A stretch of 64,000 nt of DNA from Treponema sp. (GCA_031282065.1 JAITEL010000105.1:1772-65771); one strand, 5' to 3'. Counted from the first letter of the stretch, positions 46,638-54,625 are shown. Notes: generated from the letters alone by a model not told the origin. Numbers and translations are program-made.

Positions 46638-47659
46638 GCTACTACCATCCGCTTGTAATAGGTTCCCTCACGGTTCCGGGCAATCTCTTTCTTGCACCCA
46701 TAGCAGGGTATACCGACCGAGCCTTCAGGGCTCTCTGTGTGGAAGAGGGGGCGGACTTCACCTGCACCGAACTTATTTCCGCCGAGGCCCTCATACGGAA
46801 CCGGGTAAGGGCAGAACCTCTCATGCGTCGGGCCGATAGGGAGGAGCGCTACGCTATTCAGCTTTTCGGAGCGGATCCTGAGGTGATGTACCAGGCTACG
46901 GCCTTATTGGCCCCGTACCACCCTGAAGCAGTGGACATCAACTGCGGCTGTCCGGTTCCTAAGGTGGTCAAGACCGGGGCAGGCTCGGCCCTGATGCGGC
47001 AGCCCTCTTTACTGGGCCGTATTGTGGAGGCAGTGGTCCGATCTTCCCGGGATCATTTACAGGCTGTACCGGTTACGGTAAAAATGCGTTCCGGCTGGGA
47101 CCAGGCATCCATCAATTACGAGACCTGCGCCCGGATTGCCGTAGAAGCCGGTGCGGTCATGGTGAGCCTTCATGCCCGGACCAGGGCGCAGGGGTATGGC
47201 GGGAAAAGCGACTGGGTTCACATCAAAGACCTGGTTTCCCGGCTTGCGGTCCCGGTGGCCGGGTCGGGGGATCTTTTTTCTCCGGAAGACGCGGAAAGAA
47301 TGCTCCGGGAGACGGCCTGTGCCGGGGTCTTGTTTGCCCGGGGCGCCCTGGGGAACCCCTTCATCTTTCGTGCTGCTCGATCCCTCTTATTGACCGGTTC
47401 CTATAATACCCCAGTAGAAGCAGCGGAACGGCTTCGCACTGGCTTACGCCACATGCAGTTGTTAGCTCAGGATTGGGGAGAGAAAAGGGCGTGCCGGGAA
47501 ATGCGAAAACACTTTTGTGCCTATACCAAGGGCGTGCCGGGAGGTGCGCTTTTGCGGAATAAGCTGGTTCATGCGGAAACGCTGGAGGAATACCGGGCTC
47601 TATGCAGGGAATGGGCCGAAACAGAGACCGGCTTACCTCAGAGCCCAGACAGAGGCTAG
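46634..47659 (+). CDS. dus: tRNA-dihydrouridine synthase
   Basis: LAPIAGYTDRAFR, DINCGCPVPKV and VTVKMRSGW blocks. A 4-nt overlap with tatD. Confidence 0.9.
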   Translation: MSYYHPLVIGSLTVPGNLFLAPIAGYTDRAFRALCVEEGADFTCTELISAEALIRNRVRAEPLMRRADREERYAIQLFGADPEVMYQATALLAPYHPEAVDINCGCPVPKVVKTGAGSALMRQPSLLGRIVEAVVRSSRDHLQAVPVTVKMRSGWDQASINYETCARIAVEAGAVMVSLHARTRAQGYGGKSDWVHIKDLVSRLAVPVAGSGDLFSPEDAERMLRETACAGVLFARGALGNPFIFRAARSLLLTGSYNTPVEAAERLRTGLRHMQLLAQDWGEKRACREMRKHFCAYTKGVPGGALLRNKLVHAETLEEYRALCREWAETETGLPQSPDRG

Positions 47660-47685
47660 GCCGGACCCTCTCCCGTCCTCCGGCC
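47659..47685 (+). terminator. hairpin overlapping the dus stop codon; no U-run
   Basis: ggccgga (47659-47665) pairs with tccggcc (47679-47685). Confidence 0.3.
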
Positions 47686-47851
47686 TGGTTCCGCTGGGGA
47701 AGACGTGGAATTGCAAGCAAGTCTGACCCCTGGGCCGCCCGGCTTCCCCCTTTCGGAGGAGAGATAGCGCAATGACTTTCCCTCCCCAAACCCCGCTTAC
47801 CGGCGGCATCTCTAGCGTAGCTGGGGCGCATAAACAATCCCGTTATGCAAA

Positions 47852-48076
47852 ATGGAGGCTAACATTTTTTGTAAAATGATAAATCTATTTTTAAAAAATG
47901 TTTATAATTTGAAAATACTTATTGAAATTAATATTGTAGAATATAAATATCAATCAAATATAAATATTAAACAAAATAATGGTATTAAGGAAAACAAGAG
48001 AGTAACAGAAGTTCTTTCTCAGGAGGAAATTGACCTGTTATTGACTGCAATAGTTAGTGATGATGAAAAGAAATAA
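47852..48076 (+). other. AT-rich islet with a 74-codon ORF whose C-terminal 24 residues mimic the FliM N-terminal CheY-binding peptide
   Basis: The C-terminal residues TEVLSQEEIDLLLTAIVSDDEKK are followed by a stop. The N-terminal two thirds look like translated AT-rich non-coding DNA. Coding status is uncertain. Confidence 0.25.
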
Positions 48077-48229
48077 TAACAGTGTACGCCCGCACTGCGT
48101 ATACCAGACCTGTTTACGCTTCGCCGCCAGTAGGCTGATCGGGGTTCCATTCGCCTAGGCCGTTTCGCTGCGCTCCATTCCCATGCCACCCTCCAACCGC
48201 ATTTTTTCAAGCCCTGGAAACCTACGGTA

Positions 48230-48525
48230 TTACTTCGCGGGCACCGCAATCAGCGTGTCCTCCGTGCTGGCATGGTCGGGTCGCCGTTGAATTCGGCAAT
48301 GTCGCTGCTGCCGGTCCGGGGGACACGCCGCCTTTGGTGTAAATGCCGCCAGAGCCCCACTTCGCCGTGCTTTTAAACACGCTCAGCGACACACTCTCTT
48401 TCGCGACATTGGCAAGGTTTGCGTCAGACCCGGTGGGAAGGCTGGCGGCTGGTGCAGCCAGACAACACAATTCCAAATGCCATTGTCAGTGTTCCTAACA
48501 AAACCAAAAACTTCTTGCTTTTCAT
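48230..48525 (-). pseudogene. frameshifted small lipoprotein gene, paralogous to the C-terminus of the adjacent Pmp-like lipoprotein
   Basis: AGGAG RBS, then ATG and MKSKKFLVLLGTLTMAFGIVLSGC, followed by a premature stop. The homologous segments WGSGGIYTKGGVS and EDTLIAVPAK-stop lie in two other frames. Confidence 0.6.
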
Positions 48526-48603
48526 GTTGATAAACTCCTGTGTGTAGTTTCCGCGTCCGCGGTCTGTTCCCGCCGTTGATGCGGCGCCTTTGCGCTCCCC
48601 GTG

Positions 48604-48627
48604 AAAAAAAGGCTGTCCCCCACAGCC
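48604..48627 (-). terminator. rho-independent terminator after the Pmp-like lipoprotein gene
   Basis: On the minus strand, GGCUGU-GGGGG-ACAGCC is followed by UUUUUUU (plus-strand a7 at 48604-48610). Confidence 0.65.
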
Positions 48628-48661
48628 GCGAAGGACAGCTCCATCTCTTACCTTTTACTTC

Positions 48662-49876
48662 TTACTTCGCGGGTGTCGCAATCAGCGTGTCGCTCGTGCC
48701 GCCGTCATAGCGGTCGTCTTCGTTATTACTAAAGGGCACAATCTTGCTGCCGCTGGTCTGGGATACGCCGCCTTTGGTATACGTACCGCCGGTGCCCCAA
48801 TTTGCCGCCGTGGCGTTATCATTCACATGCAGCGCCGCGTAACCACTCCTCACAATGTTGACAAGGCTTTGATCCGCGCCGTCGGGAAGACCGTAGACAT
48901 CGCCGTAAATCGTTCCGCCTTTCAGGGTGAACATGCTCTCTTCGCCGATGTCCACGCCGCCGCCGTTACCGCCGCGGCCGCCTTTTACGGTGTTACCCGA
49001 AATCACGCCGTCTTCCATGGTGAACGTGCCTCTCCACACGCCCACGCCGCCGCCTTCGGACCAATCGTCGCTTTCAGCGGTATTCCCGTAAATCACGCCG
49101 CCTTGCATGATGAACGTGCCGTCTTGCTCCACCCGTACGCCGCCGCCGCCTGAGCCGCGTCTACCCTTTGCGGTGTTCCCGGAAATCACGCCGTCTTCCA
49201 TGGTGAACGTGCCTCCTTCGTTCACCCTCACGCCGCCGGCCCCGGCCCAATTGTTATTCTCCTCGCTGCCAATACGGATGTGGGTGTTACCCGTAATCTT
49301 GCCGCTTTTCATGATAAAGTGGCCGGTTCTTCCATCACCGCCGCTCCGCGCGACTACCAATGGGTCGTTGTTGTCCGCCACCCCTACCAGCGTAACGCCC
49401 TCAAGGGTGAGTGTCCGGTTAGGGTTATCATTATTTACAGCCTGGACTACGAGGAGGTGCCCCGTGCCCTTCAGTTGGATGGTCCCGCTTCCCTTGATGG
49501 TCGCCTCACTTGCATCGCCTGCCAGTCGGACTCGCTCAGGCCCCGCGTTCACCGTGCCGTTCACGGTCAATGTCGCGTCGCGCAGCGTGAGCTCCGCGCC
49601 ATCTGCCGTCACCTCAAGCGTAACGCCCGCGGGTACGGTGAGATTGCCTGCGCTCGGTACGACGGCTTTGCCTACGAGCGTTACCGTGGCGTCGTCCACC
49701 GTCGCGATCTCATCTCCCTCTTCGAAGGCGTTGATGTCCGCCGCCAACTGCTGGGCAGCCTGCGGATCCTCCTGCTTTGCGCCGCCACCATCAGCCGCGT
49801 CAGTCGGACAGCCCGCCAGAACCAGACCCAATATCAGCAGAAGCGCCGGCAAGCCAAATATCCTGTTTTTCTTCAT
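48662..49876 (-). CDS. surface lipoprotein with Pmp-like beta-helix repeats
   Basis: AAGGAG RBS upstream of ATG 49876. Lipobox LVLAGC. Repeats GGTFTMEDGVISGNTAKG..GGGGVRV. The tracked 495-aa ORF extends upstream through non-coding palindromic repeats. Confidence 0.75.
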   Translation of the reverse strand: MKKNRIFGLPALLLILGLVLAGCPTDAADGGGAKQEDPQAAQQLAADINAFEEGDEIATVDDATVTLVGKAVVPSAGNLTVPAGVTLEVTADGAELTLRDATLTVNGTVNAGPERVRLAGDASEATIKGSGTIQLKGTGHLLVVQAVNNDNPNRTLTLEGVTLVGVADNNDPLVVARSGGDGRTGHFIMKSGKITGNTHIRIGSEENNNWAGAGGVRVNEGGTFTMEDGVISGNTAKGRRGSGGGGVRVEQDGTFIMQGGVIYGNTAESDDWSEGGGVGVWRGTFTMEDGVISGNTVKGGRGGNGGGVDIGEESMFTLKGGTIYGDVYGLPDGADQSLVNIVRSGYAALHVNDNATAANWGTGGTYTKGGVSQTSGSKIVPFSNNEDDRYDGGTSDTLIATPAK

Positions 49877-49946
49877 AGATAAACTCCTTTGCGTTTTATG
49901 CCGGCCGGCAAAACTGGTATGTATAGCCGCGTAAGCGGACTTCACC

Positions 49947-50394
49947 TTATGGAATGACGGCCGAAGCGACCGGCCCCCCCCATTGTCCGGCCTCGCCCCG
50001 CCGGTTCTCGTAGCGGCAGCACACGTAGGCCGTCTTGCCCGCGTCCTCCGCGTCAAACAAACCGTAGGTTTGTAGCAAACTCCGAATGCCAGCGCTACGC
50101 GCTGGCAGGATTGCTTCGGGCTTCGCCCTCGCAATGACGACTTTCCCACAACGCCCCCTCGTCATTGCGAGCACAACGCAAAGCGTTGCCCCGAAGCAAT
50201 CCACGATTACGGAATCACCGCCGAAGCCACCGGCCCCCACTGGCCCCGCAATGACGACCTTTCCGCTACGCCCCTCGTCCTATCCCCGCTCTGGGCTATG
50301 AGACTACCACTTTCCTCGCAATGACGCCCTTCCCTCAACGCCTCCCTCGTCATTGCGAGCACAACGCAAAGCATTGCCCCGAAGCAATCCACGA
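49947..50394. repeat. duplicated 3' gene fragments interleaved with nested palindromic (REP/MITE-like) elements
   Basis: The 3' end of the 50395-51117 gene recurs at 49947 (about 115 bp, diverged) and at 50207 (about 38 bp). A 95-nt nested palindrome lies at 50108-50202, with partial copies at about 50245-50285 and about 50313-50392. Confidence 0.85.
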
Positions 50395-51117
50395 TTACGG
50401 AATCACCGCGCTCGCTACCGGCCCCCACTGGCCGGCCTCGCCCTTGCGGTTCTCGTAGCGGCAGCATACGTAGGCCGTCATGCCCGCGTCCTCCGCATCA
50501 AACAGCAGCTTCTCCTTACGCCGCCGGGTAAACCGGTAGTGCGAAAGGCCCTTCCCGTCCGCGGGAACCTTCATCAGGTAGTGCTTGTCCGACGCCGCCT
50601 GTTCCAGGGTGGCTCCTCCGGGAGGCATGATGCCCAGATAGACCACATAGCCGTAGTCGCTTTCGGGAGCCAGCTCCAGAGTTCCCGCCAGGGGTCCCAG
50701 ATGGAGCGTCATGGCGTGGGGCCCGCCGGGGTAGCTCAAAGACGCCGCAGGCACACCGTCGGGGGCGGGAGCGGGCGAGGGGTGGGTGTCCTTGGGGCGG
50801 AAGCCCAGAGCGGCCCAGTCTCCTTCGGTAAGGGGCGGTATCTTGAAGTACCGGTCCCGGAAGAACCGCATCTTTGCCTCCAGCGCCTTAAACGCCTCCT
50901 GGCACTCCACGGTAATGACGCGGGTCCGCTCCGCATCGTTTTGCGCCTTCTGGAGCAGGTCTTGCGCCGTGGAACACAGGCTCTCCAGTTCCGTAAACTC
51001 CGCCTCGGGCACTCCCCAGGCGGTCCGCCTTGCCGCCGTCAGGTACAGAATCCAGCTCAGACACATTGCCAGGATTCCCGTCCGGGGTCCCGGCATCCAA
51101 TCGGTGTTTTTTGCCAT
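50395..51117 (-). CDS. hypothetical protein, 240 aa
   Basis: GAGGAG RBS upstream of ATG 51117. No motif recognised. The C-terminal half looks beta-rich and ends in VCCRYENRKGEAGQWGPVASAVIP. Confidence 0.6.
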   Translation of the reverse strand: MAKNTDWMPGPRTGILAMCLSWILYLTAARRTAWGVPEAEFTELESLCSTAQDLLQKAQNDAERTRVITVECQEAFKALEAKMRFFRDRYFKIPPLTEGDWAALGFRPKDTHPSPAPAPDGVPAASLSYPGGPHAMTLHLGPLAGTLELAPESDYGYVVYLGIMPPGGATLEQAASDKHYLMKVPADGKGLSHYRFTRRRKEKLLFDAEDAGMTAYVCCRYENRKGEAGQWGPVASAVIP

Positions 51118-51139
51118 AGCGTTCTCCTCTCTATATGGA

Positions 51140-51167
51140 AACGAATATTTCATTCGTTAAAACGAAT
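51140..51167. promoter_or_regulatory. palindrome AACGAAT-ATTTC-ATTCGTT plus a third AACGAAT half-site upstream of the 240-aa gene
   Basis: Read directly at 51140-51158 and 51161-51167, 23-50 nt upstream of ATG 51117. Confidence 0.3.
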
Positions 51168-51195
51168 GACCTAAACGGTGAAAGGGCTGAGTCAA

Positions 51196-51447
51196 AAGTT
51201 GAAACTTCTGACCCGGAAATTGAAACTAATGACTTGGGATTTGAAAATTCTGACTCAGAAATTGAAAATCCTGACCTGGGATTTGAAACTAATGACTTGG
51301 GATTTGAAAATTCTGACTCAGAAATTGAAAATCCTGAGCCGGGATTTGAAACTTTTGAGCCGGGATTTGAAAATTCTGACTCAGAAGTTGAAAATCCTGA
51401 CCTGAGATTTGAAAATCCTGACTTAAAAATTATAAGGGCTGACCTGT
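51196..51447. repeat. 21-bp tandem repeat, about 12 copies, core TTGAAAAYYCTGAC
   Basis: Exact 21-bp register from 51196, e.g. gatttgaaaattctgactcag / aaattgaaaatcctgacctgg / gatttgaaactaatgacttgg. Confidence 0.95.
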
Positions 51448-51542
51448 CCGGTACACCGAATGAGTAGCTTTGACCTAGTTTTGGGGGATTGGGATCAAGC
51501 TGCGGTTTGTCCGCATACAAAAGCGGGGAATCAGTTAGGTAC

Positions 51543-51573
51543 TTGACACACCGTCTTCTTAATAGAATATAAT
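51543..51573 (+). promoter_or_regulatory. consensus sigma70-type hexamers TTGACA and TATAAT with a 19-bp spacer
   Basis: TTGACA at 51543-51548 and TATAAT at 51568-51573. The spacer is longer than the 17-bp optimum. Confidence 0.35.
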
Positions 51574-51636
51574 CGTGAGCCGTGAGCCGTGAGCCGTGAG
51601 CCGTGAGCCGTGAGCCGTGAGCCGTGAGCCGTGAGC
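51574..51636. repeat. (CGTGAGC)9 heptanucleotide microsatellite
   Basis: Nine perfect copies, counted directly, starting immediately after the TATAAT hexamer. Confidence 0.95.
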
Positions 51637-51795
51637 CGGAGGGCCTGTTCTGTCTTGTTACCTGCCGGTTTCAAAAGCATGAAAGTATTCTAAATACTTA
51701 CATAAAGAATGTCAAGCAAAAAATACTTCCTTTCCTTATCACTAGCCTCAAGTCCCCCCGGAATTTTGTCCAGACCATCGTGTTCTAGAAGCAAA

Positions 51796-51830
51796 GGCCG
51801 CTTCGCTAAGATGGCGGGGCGGCCCTTTTT
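51796..51830. terminator. bidirectional terminator hairpin between the candidate plus-strand transcript and thrC
   Basis: ggccgc (51796-51801) pairs with gcggcc (51819-51824). On the plus strand it is followed by cttttta. On the minus strand it follows the thrC stop and is followed by tttg. Confidence 0.5.
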
Positions 51831-51853
51831 ATTGGAAGGCTCCTCGTCTTTAC

Positions 51854-53101
51854 TTAAGCCTGGAGCGCCTTGGTGAGCAGGCTCAAGTCCGGGGGAATAC
51901 ACAGAGGAGAGCCGGCGGTCTTCTGGGCTGAGACCACATCCTTAAGCCCGTTGCCCGTTACCAGAGAAACCACCACCGCATCATGGGGGATGAGGCCCTG
52001 TTCGCTCAGTTTCTTGAGCCCGGCAGTACCGGTTACCCCGGCAGGCTCACCGAAGATGCCGCTGGAGGCCCCCAAGAGCCGCATGGCTTGGAGGATCTCC
52101 TCATCGCTCACGTTCACCACCAAGCCATGAGATTCCCGGATGGCCCCCAGGGCCTTCTCCCCGTTTCGGGGAACCCCCACGGCAATACTGTCTGCCAGGG
52201 TGTTCTCCTCCATCCATGCAATGGGCGTGTTGGTGGCAAAAGCCCGGTTCACCGGACAGCAGCCCTCTGCCTGAACACTGATGAGTTTGGGGAGGCTTTC
52301 AATGAAGCCCAAGGCATAGAGGTCCTTGAAGCCCTTCCACACCCCTGCGATGGTACAGCCATCCCCCACAGAAACCGCCACATAATCCGGGGCCTTGAAG
52401 CCAAGCTGCTCGGCAATCTCCAGGGACACGGTCTTCTTGCCCTCCGAAAGATAGGGGTTGATCGCGGCATTGCGGTTATACCAGCCCCAGTGCTCTATGG
52501 CCTGGGCGGAAAGCCGGAAGGTATCCTCGTAGGTCCCTTTGACGCTGATAACCTGGGCGCCAAAGATCAAAAGCTGGGTAACTTTGCCCTGGGGCGCGCG
52601 TTCCGGCACAAAGATAACCGATTTAAGCCCCATAGCCGCGGCGTTTCCTGCCAGGGACGAGGCCGCATTGCCCGTAGAAGCGCAGGCTACGGTAGTCATC
52701 CCTGCATGGGCCGCCCGGACCACCGCAATGGCAGAGGCCCGGTCCTTGAGGCTGGCCGTGGGGTTAAGTCCGTCGTCTTTGATGTAAAGCCGCGTAAGCC
52801 CCAAAAGCTCCCCCAGTTTCTCTGCCCTGTACAGCGGGGACCAGCCCACCCGCAAGGGGCTGAGTTTGCTTCCCGCCGCTATGGGAAGCAGCTCCAGATA
52901 ACGCCATAGGGAATACTCCCGCCGGTTCATGAGCTTTTCCCGGGTCAACTGGGATTTGATATACCGGTAATCATAGAGGATCTCCAAGACCCCGCCGCAT
53001 TTCTTACAGGTGTAGGTATGCTCCCCTGCCTCATGTTCTGCACCGCAGCTCATACACAGCGCGCTGCTTATGTTCTTTTCCTTGCCCATTTCCTTATCCA
53101 T
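51854..53101 (-). CDS. thrC: threonine synthase (with N-terminal zinc-ribbon)
   Basis: CMSCGAEHEAGEHTYTCKKCGG zinc ribbon. PLP lysine block NPTASLKDRAS. Gly-rich loop ASTGNAASS. Confidence 0.8.
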   Translation of the reverse strand: MDKEMGKEKNISSALCMSCGAEHEAGEHTYTCKKCGGVLEILYDYRYIKSQLTREKLMNRREYSLWRYLELLPIAAGSKLSPLRVGWSPLYRAEKLGELLGLTRLYIKDDGLNPTASLKDRASAIAVVRAAHAGMTTVACASTGNAASSLAGNAAAMGLKSVIFVPERAPQGKVTQLLIFGAQVISVKGTYEDTFRLSAQAIEHWGWYNRNAAINPYLSEGKKTVSLEIAEQLGFKAPDYVAVSVGDGCTIAGVWKGFKDLYALGFIESLPKLISVQAEGCCPVNRAFATNTPIAWMEENTLADSIAVGVPRNGEKALGAIRESHGLVVNVSDEEILQAMRLLGASSGIFGEPAGVTGTAGLKKLSEQGLIPHDAVVVSLVTGNGLKDVVSAQKTAGSPLCIPPDLSLLTKALQA

Positions 53102-53149
53102 CCTTGAGGGTAGGTACCGGGTGGAGGGCCGCTCCCTCCGCCCGCCTAC

Positions 53150-54625
53150 TTAGCGCCCTGCCAAGAGGCCGGTCTGCTCATTAAAGGCCCCGATGAGCTC
53201 GTCAATGGCTTGGGCCTGGCGCTGCACTCCCAGGAAGGACCGTTCCTGGTGATACCACTGGTCCTCCAGGGCCTCTGCGGTCCGTCCCTGCTGCTCCACC
53301 CAGGTGTAGTACTTCAGGTTATGCACCTGCTGGCGATCCGCATAGGAGAGTTCCCGCATGGCATCGGTCCGTATCCCCTGTAAGCTCCGCGCAAAGTCCG
53401 CCGATGCCTGGGAGGGCTGATATTCCCCATATTCCTGCCGGAGCTCTGCAAGGCGGGATCGGTACATGTCCACCGAATCGGTGAGCACCGTGGCCACTAC
53501 ATCATGGGAAGAAAGCTCATAATACCTGGCAAACTTGATGGCACACAGCATATTGGCGATACCGGAAATCCCCATGTAGGAAAGGGCCTCCACCTGCTCA
53601 GGGCTTAGGCCCGCTTCCTTCACCAGGCAGGCTTTACCGGCTTCTTCGTTGAAGAGCCTCAGCAGCGCAAGGGGGTCCGCGTCGTCGATGGCAATGACCA
53701 GGTCGGTGTTCTTCACATTGTGCACCCAGGGCACATGCTTGTCGCCGATACCCTCTATCCGGTGCGCTCCGAATCCATTGGAAAGGAGCGTCGGGCATTG
53801 CAGGGCCTCCCCCACCGCTATCTTACTGTAAGGGTACTGCTGCTTGAGGTAATCCCCGCTCCCCAAAGTCCCTGCAGAACCGGAACAGAGGCAGACCCCG
53901 GCAAAGGAGTCTCCCGGGGCTTTGATGCCCTCAAAGGCTTCGGCAATGGCCCTCCCGCTCACCTGGTAGTGCCACAGGTAGTTCCCCATTTCCTCGAACT
54001 GGTTGAAGATGAGCACATCTTTGCGGGTGGCTTTCAGTTCATGGGTCTTGTCAAAGATCTCCTTCACATTGGATTCCGTACCGGGGGTGGCGATGATTTC
54101 CCCGGCTATGGTTTTAAGCCAGTCAAAGCGTTCCCTGCTCATGCCTTCCGGCAGTATGGCCACCGAATCCACGGCCAGGAGCTTGGAATTGAAGGCCCCC
54201 CCGCGGCAGTAATTACCCGTGGAGGGCCAGACCGCTTTCTGGCTTGAGGCATCGAATTGTCCGGTTACCAGCCGGGGCACGAGGCAGCCAAAGGCAGCGC
54301 CTACCTTATGACAGCCCGTGGGAAAGAACTTTCCCACCATACAGATGATCCGGGCGGCTACCCCGGTGAGGCTTTGGGGCAGTTCAATCATATTGGGCCT
54401 TCCGTAGAGCCCGCCGCAGGCTTTGGGCTCATTTTTCCAGCTTATTCTGAAGAGATTCAGGGGATCCACATCCCATAAGCCAATGGTTTTCAGCTTTTCC
54501 TTGATGGCCCCGGGGATCTGATTGGGGTCTTGCATCTGCGTGAAGGTGGGGATAATAAGCCCCTTCTCCTTGGCCCTGCGGATGTTCTTTTCCAGAACCG
54601 GTTTATTAATGGTCAAATCAATCAT
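53150..54625 (-). CDS. fold-type II PLP-dependent enzyme (PALP family), specific function unknown
   Basis: 491 aa. Candidate PLP-Lys block FPTGCHKVGAAF. WPSTGNYCRGGAF and SGSAGTLG loops. It is longer than CysK/CysM because of a C-terminal helical extension. Confidence 0.65.
   Translation of the reverse strand: MIDLTINKPVLEKNIRRAKEKGLIIPTFTQMQDPNQIPGAIKEKLKTIGLWDVDPLNLFRISWKNEPKACGGLYGRPNMIELPQSLTGVAARIICMVGKFFPTGCHKVGAAFGCLVPRLVTGQFDASSQKAVWPSTGNYCRGGAFNSKLLAVDSVAILPEGMSRERFDWLKTIAGEIIATPGTESNVKEIFDKTHELKATRKDVLIFNQFEEMGNYLWHYQVSGRAIAEAFEGIKAPGDSFAGVCLCSGSAGTLGSGDYLKQQYPYSKIAVGEALQCPTLLSNGFGAHRIEGIGDKHVPWVHNVKNTDLVIAIDDADPLALLRLFNEEAGKACLVKEAGLSPEQVEALSYMGISGIANMLCAIKFARYYELSSHDVVATVLTDSVDMYRSRLAELRQEYGEYQPSQASADFARSLQGIRTDAMRELSYADRQQVHNLKYYTWVEQQGRTAEALEDQWYHQERSFLGVQRQAQAIDELIGAFNEQTGLLAGR

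Noticed and set aside
48662-50149. The full 495-aa version of the Pmp-like lipoprotein ORF
   Set aside because: The first 91 codons read through the palindromic and duplicated repeat region and give an Arg-rich nonsense peptide. A strong AAGGAG RBS, an ATG and a lipoprotein signal peptide occur at 49876.
49947-50520. The duplicated gene 3' ends as template/variable repeats of a diversity-generating retroelement (DGR)
   Set aside because: I aligned the copies by hand. The differences include C/G and T/C changes and indels, in both directions, and are not restricted to adenine positions of one copy. No reverse transcriptase gene is present in the window.
51131-51520. Tracked ORFs running through the 21-bp array (51131..51520 minus, 51135..51467 plus, 51178..51405 plus) as heptad-repeat proteins
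   Set aside because: Several frames on both strands are open at once, which is what a stop-free 21-bp unit produces. The predicted peptides are low-complexity, and none has a convincing RBS. I treat them as non-coding.
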